NCBI GenBank assembly: GCA_018398765.1
Contig: JAHBMJ010000184.1
Span: forward strand, 1 to 55,294
Origin: Chromera velia
Taxonomy: Eukaryota
DNA: 55,294 nt
Direction: 5' to 3'
Below are positions 10,929 to 23,414 of this stretch, piece after piece. The first letter of the stretch is position 1. Every line of letters starts with the position of its first letter. Made by a program: the position numbers and the translations under genes. The notes beneath the pieces were generated by a model. It was given only the letters and a program-made list of their open reading frames with translations, did not search any database and was not told where the DNA came from.

Positions 10929-13128
10929 CTCTCTTTCATTGATTGTCTGCTAGTTTTTCTTTTATATTTCTTTCAGTTTTTTTTGAATAGAAAAGTAATA
11001 AAATAAGAGAGGAAACGGCGAAAGGAACGTTGAAGAGTGAGGAGAGGGATGGAAAGGAGAATTAATGAACTAACAGTTATTGCTTTCTTATTTTCAGACA
11101 CGCCACGTTCTATCAGAAGAAGTCTGAAAAGACTTGAACGGTACGATCAAGAATGATAAAACAACAAGAAATCAATGCAAAAAGAAAGGAACATACGATG
11201 CTTCTTCGCACCCCATTACACCCCATTGATGAAAATTCAAGAATACCGGGAACACCCCCCTTGGCAGCCCAAACGACCGTCACGACAACCCGGGCATAGG
11301 GTTGTCTCTTCGGACTCTAAACACCCCCCCTGCAGCACTGCCAAATCTATCCGGTGATGGCACCCGACGAATCCTTTTGGGACCGCTTTTTGAGACGTAC
11401 TCTCCTACTATGATTGCGATGACAGATATGACACTAAGTCGGAGGCTCTTCTTCTTGGCCCGATTCTTAGGAAGGAGGGAGAAAGCAGGTTTACGCTGGC
11501 GCAGGAAGAGTGGGTTCTTCCCTTGCTGCATCGGCCTGCAGCTGTTTCCGCATTGCCTTGCGGGCTGCCTTTTTCTGCGCGTTGACTTTGTTCTTCTTTG
11601 TTTGAGACACGTGAGAAGATGAATTGTCACTGGCCTTGAAGGGGGCGTCTCCCACTTCACAGCTTGCGCAGGGAACATATTCGTTGAAAGAGGGGGTAAC
11701 ACCCTCAGGACTAAAAGGCTTGTCTTCCACAGCGGCATCGTTGGAGACGGAATCCGGAGAAAGTGTTTCTGTGCTTGCATGCCGAGAGGAATTCTCGACA
11801 GCTCCTGTGTCAGAAGATGTGGACACTGTTTCCTTAGCGCTTATAAGATGATGTTCATGCCCGGTCGCTAAAGGAATGTTTGACTTGGAAGGAATGGTGG
11901 TGAGAGTCGCACCGTGTTGGTCGCTGTTAGGCGCTGGCATGAGTGTGGATACTAGTATGGATGGGTGTATAGTAGGGAAGACGGGAAGGCAGGGATTGGC
12001 GGGGAAATGAGAGGACCCATCCTCAGCGCTTATGCTGGCAGCACGCTCTATTGCTTGAGGACAGACCTGAGGCTTGTCAACGGAATCAAAAATGTGTGGC
12101 TCAGGAGGCTGCTAATCTTAGGGTGGGAGAAAAGAAACTGGAATGAAGGTTTTTTGGTCATGCTGTGTTCATCGATGCAGAAATGAGGAAGAACATAGAG
12201 ACAAAGTCATGGGATGTTCTGCAACTTCAAAAGAAAAAACGGTTTGCAATTTCTCTTCAAGAGGCCAGGAGACGGACTTCTTTAGGGGAAAAGAAACGGT
12301 TGCTGCGCTCTTTACAATCTGGTTAGATCCAAAGCCCCTAGGTGCTGGTGGCTGCTTCTGCTTTTTCTTCGATTTACGCCCTTGTGAACCTCGAGTCCCA
12401 GTGGTACGTGGGGTTCTGTGTCGACCTGGAGCACTCGATAGAAGCATACTTGGGGAGACAAGACGGGTCCCCAAAAGAAAAGAAAGAAACGACAGCGCAG
12501 TGGTTGCCATATTTGCAAATTGATCTTCATGCGTCTGCATAGCCCATGTCCTCAAAAGGACAGCAGAACAAACGTCTCGAAGCTTGATCACCTCGGCGGT
12601 GACGTCACCGGACAAGGTGGCCATCCCAAAGCAGTCGAAAGGAAAAAACGGGCTAGCAAACGAAGGAAAACCTCACCGTGACCATGCTTATGAACTCCAC
12701 AAGAGATGTTTGGACAAAAAAGAAAATTCTCGGAGTTTTGCAAGAGATGCGCATCAGCTAGTGCATCAACTCAGATCCTAAGAGAATGAAGGGACCTGTT
12801 GCATAGCAAATGTGCGCAAAGACCTAAGTGTGTTCTCACAGAGAGGAGACGGCAAGTAAGGGACGACTGCTATTTCCTGGATCTATTAAACCAGCTCTGT
12901 TACCATGATCTGTATATAGACTAGCACCTAGGAGAAGGCCATCTAGTCTCGTACAGAAGGTTTATAGATCTCGGTCACGTGAGTCTGTCAATCTAACTAT
13001 TCTGCTTCAATCCTCTCATCAAGCAAGGATGAAGCTGACTGCAATCGCATGAGATATCGATCCGTACAGGACTGGTAGGGCAACTACCATGGCCCCCAGA
13101 AGTATGCGCACCTGAAAGGCGGATATAG
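10415..13128 (-). mobile_element. Non-autonomous LTR-retrotransposon-like element (~2.7 kb, no pol)
   Basis: ~220-235-bp direct repeats at 10415-10649 and 12906-13128; PBS-like TGGTAACAGAGC on the minus strand abutting the right repeat; broken minus-strand ORF (12624 to ~11280) with CHICHRNH. No clear TSD or PPT. Confidence 0.65.
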
Positions 13129-13567
13129 AATAACCCAGTGTAGGATCTGAACCATGATCTGAAAAATGGTCACCCTCCTAAAGACCCTCTCGGCAGAGGA
13201 AAATCTAGGAGGAAAATCGTATACCGTTCGCCTCCAGACATGTCCTTGAGTTGGGAACCGTCGTCGGTTTGATGTCTGAAGGCGTCCCGAGAGACCAGGA
13301 CTCCGCTTTTGGTTTTCTGGCTTTTCAAAATTTGGCCAGGTCCGATCAGGCCTCCTCCAAGATCAGTGGGGCTCCGGATAGGGAACGAGTGGGGGAAAAC
13401 TTTCTGTATGGCATCGTAGGGGGGGTGTCGGCTACCCAGCTGCAATAGGAGAGCTTCGCTGGACCCTCCTTGGGGGAGATCAGTCCGCCCTTGACATTTT
13501 CTCAACAACAGTGAGGAGACTGCATCGCCAACTTTGCAGCTCTGACTCTCTCCGGCCAATGACCCGC

Positions 13568-14240
13568 CCAGTTTTTCAAACTTTTTCTTGATAGGGCTTC
13601 ATTATGTCCCCGATACTTGCTTGCTTACAGGTTTTGAGCCACACAGGCCTCCTCTCTGGGAAGTTGGACCCTGCTCTGCCTCTGTTTTCCGGTCAGTCAG
13701 GCTCCCCCACTGCCTCAGTGCCCCTCGATCTACCTCTAGCACAAAAGACCACCCAGTTTTTTTTTATTAGACTTCATTGTGTCCCCGACACTTGCTTATA
13801 GCTTGCAAGTTTTGAGCCATATAGGCCTCCTCTCTGAGAAGTTGGACCCTGCTCTGCCTCTGCCTTCTGGTCAGTCAGGCTCCCCTGCTGCCCCAATGCC
13901 CCTCAATCTACCTTCAGTACAAAAGACTACCCAGCTTTTCTTGATCGGACTTCATTATGTCCCCAACACTTGCTTGGTTGCAGGTGTTGAGCCACACAGG
14001 CCTCCTCTCTGGGAAGTTGGGCCCTGCTCTCGCCTGGCAGTGCTTTACCTCTGCTTTTCGGTCAGTCAGGCTCCCCCGCTGCCCCAGTGCCCCTCGATCT
14101 ACCTCCAGCACAAAAGACTACCCAGTTTTTCTTGATAGGACTTCATTATGTCCCCCATACTTGCTTGTTTGCAGGTTTTGAGCCACACAGGCCTCCTCTC
14201 TGGGAAGTTGTGCCCTGCTCTGCCTCTGCCTTCCGGTTGG
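13568..14240. repeat. Tandem repeat, ~178-190-bp unit, ~3.5 copies
   Basis: The unit CCAGTTTTT..CTTCATTATGTCCCC..TTGAGCCACACAGGCCTCCTCTCTGGGAAGTTG..ACAAAAGAC recurs at ~13570, 13753, 13931 and 14122. Confidence 0.9.
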
Positions 14241-14339
14241 TACATGTGTGTGTATTCCTCCTTCAGTTACATGCCTATCTCTCCCTCTTCTGATTTTTTT
14301 CTCATTTCTTAGGACCGTCCCTGCATGTGTGTGTCTTCT

Positions 14340-16170
14340 TCCCTCAGTTATATGCCTGTCTGTACCTCTCTGCCTGACAAACTCGCTGTGTGTCTTCCTC
14401 CCTCAGTCACATGCCTGTCTATGCCTCTCTGCCTGACAAGCTTGCAGACACCTCTCCTTGCGATGCACAATTTTTTTTTAGTGTCTCCTGGCCTCTCTGT
14501 GTGTCTTGTCTGCCTGACAAGCTCGCAAACACCTCTCTTTATGGTGCACGATTGTTCTTTTCTGTCTCCTAGCCTCTCTGTGTGTGCTGTCTGCCTGATA
14601 AACTTGCAGATACCTCTTCTTGCGGTGCACGATCGCATGCCGGGGGGGAGTGGGGTGCTTTTTGCCCCCTCTTCTGCATAGGAGACCGGCGCTTTTCTGC
14701 AAAAAACTCGTTCTCATAATTGGTAAGGAGTTGGAAGCTGAAACTTTGTGTAAGAAGACGTTGTAACAATAAAAAAAAAAGTATGGAACAGATTTTTTAT
14801 ATCATTTCTAGAAACATAGGTTGCCATACAAATTTTATGAGTTTCATATCATTTTTCTTACTATTGAAAACTGTTGAAAAATGGCCTAAAAATCAAAAAA
14901 TTTGTATGGCAGCCTATATTTCTAGAAATGATATAAAAAATCTGTTCTATAGTTCTTGTTTTATTGTTACAACGTCTTGTTATACAAAGTTTCAGCTTCT
15001 AACTCCTTACCAATTATGAGAACGAGTTATTTGCAGAAATGCGCCGCTTTAGGGGGGCAAAAAGTACCCTACTCACCCCCGGCATGCGATTTTTCTTTTT
15101 TGCATCCTGGCCTCTCTGTATGTGCTGTCTGCCTGACAAGCTTGCAGACACCTCTCCTTGTGGTACACAATTTTTCTTTAGTGTCTCCTGGCCTCTCTGT
15201 GTGTGCTGTCTGCCTGACAAAAGCTCGCAGACACCTCTCCTTGCGGTACACGATTTTTCTTTTCTGTATCCTGGCCTCTCTGTATATGCTGTCTGCCCGA
15301 CAAACTCGCAGACACCTCTCTTTGCGGTGCACGATTTTTCTTTTCTATATCCTGGCCTCTCTGTGTATGCTGTCTGCCCGACAAACTCGCAGACACTTCT
15401 CTTTGCGGTGCACGATTTTTCTTTTCTATATCCTGGCCTCTTTGTGTGTGCTGTCTGCCTGATAAGCTTGCAGACACCTCTCCTTACGGTGCACGATTTT
15501 TCTTTACTGTCTCCTGGCCTCTCAGAGTCTGTGTATGCTGTCTGCCTGACAAGCTCGCAGACAGCTCTCCTTGCAGTGTACGATTTTTCTTTACTATCTC
15601 CTGGCCTCTCAGAGTCTGTGTATGTTGTCTGCCTGATAAGCTCGCAAACACCTCTCCTTGCGGTACACGATTTTTCTTTTCTGCATCCTGGCCTCTCTGT
15701 TTGTGCTGTCTTCCTGACAAGCTCACAGACACCTCTCCTTGCGGTGCACGATTTTTCTTTTCTATCTCCTGGCCTCTTTGTGTGTGCTGTCTGCCTGACA
15801 AGCTCGCAGACACCTCTCTTTGCGGTGCACGATTTTTCTTTTCTGTTTCCTGGCCTCTCTGTGTGTGCTGTCTGCCTGACAAGCTTACAGACACCTCTCC
15901 TTGTGATGCACGATTTTTCTTTACTGTTTCCTGGCCTCTCTGTGTATGCTGTCTGCCTAACAAACTCGCAGACACCTCTCCTTGCGGTGCATGATTGTTT
16001 TTTTCTGTCTCCTGGCCTCTTTGTATGTGCTGTCTGCCTGACAAGCTCGCAGACATCTCTCCTTGTGGTACACGATTTTTCTTTACTGTCTTCTAGCCTC
16101 TCTGTGTGTCTTGTCTGCCTAACAAGCTTGCAGACACCTCGCCTTATGGTGTGTGATTTTTCTTTTCTGA
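14340..16170. repeat. 81-bp minisatellite, ~16 copies, interrupted by a MITE
   Basis: Unit TGCTGTCTGCCTGACAAGCTCGCAGACACCTCTCCTTGCGGTGCACGATTTTTCTTTTCTGTCTCCTGGCCTCTCTGTGTG; two copies carry a 6-bp insert. Confidence 0.95.
14634..15088. mobile_element. 455-bp palindromic (fold-back) MITE
   Basis: Ends CGCATGCCGGGGG / CCCCCGGCATGCG with arms complementary over ~200 bp. Inserted in the GCACGATTTTTC site of the minisatellite, duplicating AT. Confidence 0.9.
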
Positions 16171-16879
16171 GTTTACGTTTAGGTTTTTGGGGAGGCAACA
16201 GAAAAAATTCAGTGTTTCATGTGCGATGTTCGTCGAGTTGAACAGCGAGGGGGTGGTGAAGGTGAAATCAGTACCTCCAAGGAATTAATAGTAAAAAAAA
16301 TTCGAGATTAGATCAAAGACAGACACATATCTTTTGAATTATAACCTAGATTATAATTAGAACTATTGTTAACTATTTTAGTGACTATTAGTTACTAGAA
16401 TACTAACTATTCAAGTAATATATTTACGTTTAGGTTCAGATTCAAATTTTAAATTCATAAATTTACTAGTTAATAACTTAATAAATTTTGTATAAATGTT
16501 GGTTTTCACCATTTGAATTAGTATCCTTTTCATGATCGTGAATAGTTTCCCATTCAAAAACAAAAATATAGAAATAGAATTTAAATAAAAAAAAACTCTA
16601 CAAATGATATTAGGAAAAATGAAAAAATGATTCATTTAACGATTTATATCTAGATTTATATTCAGAGCTGGGCCCTACACTAGCTAAATAAATATAAAAA
16701 AAGGTTTTAAGTTTTGCTAGTTTTTTATTTTTCTTTTATTTATCCACTAACTAGTCTTAGGAAAAATGTTTTCCCACTTAAAAACGAAAAAAGGAATATG
16801 AAGGAATATGCAGGAATATAGAGTTACTGTAGGAATATGAAAGGATATGTTTCAAACAAAAGAGAGTCTCGCATTATTT

Positions 16880-18590
<1,711 letters not shown>

Positions 18591-18657
18591 AACAAGAACT
18601 TTAAGTACATTTAGTGGACCCGTATAACAAAAACGTACAGAAAGAAAAGAGAAAGAG

Positions 18658-21600
18658 ATGGCAGCCGCGGCTAGAATGAGGGATGCCTCGGTCCGCTTTT
18701 TGTTGTTGAATGTGAATGGGGTGAGAAGTAAAGAAGACAACGGTTCCCTTTCCCGTTGGCTGGCCAAGAAAGATCCCGATCTAGCCATTTTCATAGAAGC
18801 AATGGACGTAATGAGGGACATCTCTTGTGGGGGGTGGAAAGGCAAAAACTTCAGCCACTGTGAGTGGTACCGGCAGCAACTAGGTACACGCAGAGCAGTC
18901 CAATGGTATGATAGGGACGGTAGGAGTGGGGGTGTTTGTCTGCTTGTAAAAGAGGAACGGTGGAGCGAGCTGACACCCGAAATCTCCCTTGTGGGCCCGA
19001 GTCTAGTTGAAGTGAAGATTACAGTGGGTGGGCGCAGGGTGCATGTATTCGGTCTTTACCTTCCCAGGTCCTGGTCCGATCATAGAGACAGTAGGGTCCC
19101 TAACTTCTTGAAGGATGTATTTAAGGGGGTCCTTCTTGAGACAGACAGGGTGGTAATGGGGGATTTCAATACGCATTCAGGCAGCCTTGTCCCCAAAAAT
19201 CTTTTATAGTCCCGTACAGATCTCCTCCTCCCGCCGAGGGATTCTGGGAGGGTTGATAGGAGGGGAGAAAATGATGAGGGCTCGGAGGAGCCTGACAAAC
19301 CTTCGTTCATCCGCACATCTCAGTGCAGCAAAGATGTTGACCGCAGTGGGAGGGACTTTATTCAAATTTGTAGTGATACGAATCTTGTTCCTTTGAACGG
19401 ACTGACAGGAGAAGCAGGGGGAGAATCCTTTGTTTTTTCTGGTGAGTGCACCCACTATTCTAGATAGAGCAGCATGTCTACACCCACTTCCCTCATTGAT
19501 TACATACTTACTGATCCATCTACCATACAGAAGGTTTCTGATTGGGAGGTTGACTTTGATGGTACTGCCTCCACCGACCATATGACCGTTTCTTTCTCCT
19601 TCTCCCCTCCTTTAGCTGAACCCGAATCCGACGATGCTCTCCTACCCCACCAAAACCTCTCTGATTGTCCTCCTTTTTTCTGTTCAAACCGCACAGCCCC
19701 AGTTTCTGATGAAAAAATCGCACCGCTTGCAGCAGCAGTGAGATCGTTTGCTGAGGATCGATGGCCTGGCTTGTGGGCCTATCATAAGCAAATCGAACCA
19801 TTCAAGGAGCCGCCTGCTCCTCCGCCTCCCCTAATGTTCCCGCATCTCCAACCAGGGCTGATTTCGGAGGGCGGTGACGATCGTGTATGTCTGCACAGGT
19901 TAGTTGAGGAATGGTCGCATATGCTGGTAGGGCCGATCAAGTAGACAGGGGACAAGGGGCCTGGCCCAGAAGGTAGACGATCAAAGAATGTAAAGCTTTA
20001 CAGAAAGAAGTTAGAGAGGCAGATGAGAGATGGAAGCTAATGAGAGATAGGAAATTTTCAATGGAAGGGGAATAGAGTTTGATAGACTGCAGAGGCTTTT
20101 CCGGGTCCATCGTATTCTATTCAAAAGAAAGAGAGTTGCGTGGAAGAGAGCACAAGCTCGGAGGGTACAAGAAGAGTTGTTAAAAGACCCGTTTGCTATT
20201 TGGAGGAGAAAGAAAAAAGCTGCCTCAGCTGGGGGAGCCTCCCGTCCTTCTCCATGTGAGTTCTCGAATCATTGGGCAGGGGTGTTTGAAGACAAGAATG
20301 AAGAGCCTCTCCCTTCCGCCCTCACACTTTCCCCTTCTCCTTTCCACCCTTCTATTTTGCCCTTGAAAGTTCTCTTTCCATCAAATCTCCTCTGCTCTAA
20401 AGAAAATGAATAGAAAGAAAGCCTCCAGCCTTAAAGGAATCTCCCCCGCTCAGCTTGACCTTTGTTTTACGCACTCGGCGCTCTCTTGTTTTTTACTTTT
20501 TGTTTTGTTTAATTGTATGCAGATCTTTGCTTACTGGCCTCCCTCCTAGAATATGCTGCATATCTGCCCTGTCCCTAAAGGCCCTGCCTCTCCCTCTCCC
20601 AATGAATGGAGGCGTATTCACGTTAATATCAATCCTTTCGCAAAACTTTTTGGTTTGCTGATGGACGGCTGTATGCGCTCTCAAGTTGAGCTTGACGTCA
20701 GGCAGTTAGGTTTCAGATAAGGGGTGGGAACAAGGGAAGGGGTAGGCGCGCTTGTCTCTGCCATTTTCTCCTCTAAAAAGAAAAAGAAAGCTCTGCTGGC
20801 AGGCTTTGTTGATTTCTCCAAAACCTTTGACACTGTGCCAAGAGGTAAGCTAATTTAAAAACTGAGAAGAGAAGGTGTGTGTGAGGCAGATGTGTGTATG
20901 ATATGTGAAATGTATAGGGAGGTCTGGGGAAAGGTGGACGGGGACTCTTTGCATTTTCGGAAGGGCGCTGGGATAAAGCAAGGTGATGCTCTCTCTCCCA
21001 TTCTCTTTCTTATCTATATCAATGACCTTCTTCATGTGTGTTCAGTTAGTAAGAACGAGGGAGCCGTAGACAGAGAAGCAAAGGAAGCAGGATAGTCAGA
21101 CAGCAGAATGGGGGAAGGCAGCGTCGAGGAGCCCGAGAGAGAGCCCGAACCTGTCCTCCTTGACAACTGCATCTTAGGCAGTCTAGGGTATGCGGATGAT
21201 CTCTGTTTCCTTACTCATTCCGTCTCAGATCTGCAAAAGAAGTTTTCAGCCTTGGAAGGGTATTGCAAGGAATGGGGATTGACTGTGAACTTTAAAAAAA
21301 CGAAAATCTTGCGCCTGTCTGCCTTGGCTCTGGGGCAGTCTGCAGGTAGGGTCATGTATGATGGGAGAGAAGTTGAATGGACATCCGAATACAAATATCT
21401 GGGGTGTGTTTTCTTTGAAGGGGGGTGTTTGAACAAAACAATTGAGTCCCGTATTGCTTCTGCTTTACGTCGGGCTTTGAGAGGGGTAATTGGGTTGATT
21501 GCAAGCATAGGCCCGCTCAGCATTGACGCGCAGGTTACAGTCTTTAGAGCCTCCTGGACCCCCGTAGCGCTCTACTGCCTTGAATGTCTGCCAGTACGGG

Positions 21601-22676
21601 ATGCAGACCTGCTTGCTCTTGATGCTTTGTAGCTTTGGTTTGCCCGTTGGTGTGGTCATTTGTCTGTTTGCAGCCTCCGCCTGCCCTCTCTTTGCATCCT
21701 TGGTCTTCTTCTCTGCAAAGCCCTTCTCTGCTTCCGCGTGGCTGACTGGTGGCACTCTCCTTCCATCACAACACACATTATTCCTGCAGCCATGTTGCAT
21801 GGCTAGAAGAATAACTGCTGCCAACAATTCACAAGGTCTATAGACAGGCTGCTTCGTTGAGCTGATCTGATTTCTGTCCGCTCGCTGAGGGTCGAGCCCA
21901 ATCTGTCTTCCCAACGTGGGCAGAATGGTCGTAGAGCACAAGGCAGCAGCTCACTTTAAATTTCTTTAAGGGCAAGGTGAGACAGACAGTTGCAAAGGAA
22001 TGCATGAAGGCTTCTGAGGATGATGGGCAATCTTCCTCTCACTTTCTCCTCCTTGCTAGACTCACCCCTCTGCAGTATGACTTCCCGTCCTCCTGCCGTA
22101 TGTTTGTCTTCCTCCTGTGCAGCAAGTCGTCCTCCAGTGTTCCTTCCACCTCTGCCCTTCCCTGTTCTGCCCTGTCGGTTACGGATGGCTCGATCTTTTC
22201 TTTTTTGCGCATGCTGATATACAACCCGATGGGCGGACAAGGTGGGCTGCCTGTTGGTTGCTCTGATAGAAAGCTGTGCACCTATAAAGCCTGCTGCCGG
22301 TGTATACATGATTTTATTCATCGGCTCTCTGTCTGCCCATGATGGACTGCCGAACAAGGCTTTTTACAGTGGTTGGCATTAATTCAATTAGACCGCTTCA
22401 CTTATTATGACTCACCCTTTGCATCTGTCTCCTTTTCTAATCTGGGGGTTCGCAAGTTCATCACATCGCTCTTGCGTTCTCAACCCTCTCTCTTCTTTAT
22501 GATTTCTCATCATATTGTAGTAAATGATTGATTAGCTTAAGTTCGAATAACTGTCGTCCACTTAGCTTACAGCTGGCATAATTGAACAGACCCATGCATG
22601 TATACGCCGCCCGGGAGTTCTAACTCCACCCAGGGTTTGGCATCAATCAATCAATTAATCAATCAATCAATCAATT
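18658..22676 (+). mobile_element. Degenerate non-LTR retrotransposon (LINE): APE endonuclease, RT, C-terminal Cys/His motif and (ATCA)n tail
   Basis: APE motifs LNVNG, GGVCLLV, MGDFNTH, IDYILT, TDH; RT motifs QLGFR, FVDFSKTFD, GIKQGDALSPILF, YADD, KYLG; RKLC...C...H.LSVCP; tail at 22642-22675. Multiple stops and frameshifts; no ORF1 or TSD seen. Confidence 0.93.
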
Positions 22677-23029
22677 ATAAAGAAGAAGAGACGTAAGATG
22701 GCAAAAACGGAATGGGATCGCGAAGGCTGCGATGCAGGCTTCCCACTGGCCTATACTATGTATGCATGAGAGGACACCAGCATGCATGCCTCATGGCAGC
22801 GCGCAGAGGGCCCGGGCCGGGCGTTGATCTGCGCGCCGCCGCATCTAAAAAGCCAAATAAGCCGAATCCGAACCACGATCTGAAGCCTTTTGTAGGTCTC
22901 CGTCCGTGGCCTCGACCGATCTGAACGACTTACGCCCTATGTATAGGGGCGGAGGCCATGACCGGGCCGCCCACCACCTATATATACGCGTTTAGATCCT
23001 TCAATCGGAAAAGTGTTCAGATCTGGGGA

Positions 23030-23364
23030 GATATGCTATAGCCGCGGTGCGGTACCAGCGGTTATACTGCTTCTGCCCCATTGTGGGCCGACCGTGGCAC
23101 ACAACCCATATAATTTTCATTCGTTCTCCCTTCCGGTCACCGTCCTCTCCTCACTGCCCTAGTCCAAGCTGAGCAGGCTCCCTCTTTGCTGATCGTCATC
23201 AACTTGTTACACTTCTTCATCCTGTTTAAAAAATTCTTTTTTTAAATTACTTTCCAATTTTTTTTTTTCCAGATTTTTTTTTTATTATCATATGTGCTAA
23301 CATATCTGCCTATGGGGATAGCGTGCCGAAGCGCGGAACCAATCAATCAATCAATCAATCAATC
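23030..23364 (+). mobile_element. Candidate SINE-like element ending in (AATC)n
   Basis: Structured head shared with 10661-10735, small 3' hairpin GCGTGCCGAAGCGC, and the same tail repeat as the adjacent LINE. 5' boundary uncertain. Confidence 0.45.
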
Positions 23365-23414
23365 TTTTTATATATCAGGTACAGTTGCTTCTAAATAAGA
23401 TTAGAAGTGTCAGT

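Noticed and set aside
14340..16170. CRISPR-like array
   Set aside because: Units are contiguous tandem copies with no unique spacers, and there are no cas genes in this eukaryotic context.
23040..23105. Hairpin or HDV-like ribozyme assignment for the structured motif
   Set aside because: The reverse strand has GTC and AGAA but the helix 1/2 pairing and loop B are absent; no HDV L3 or J4/2 consensus.
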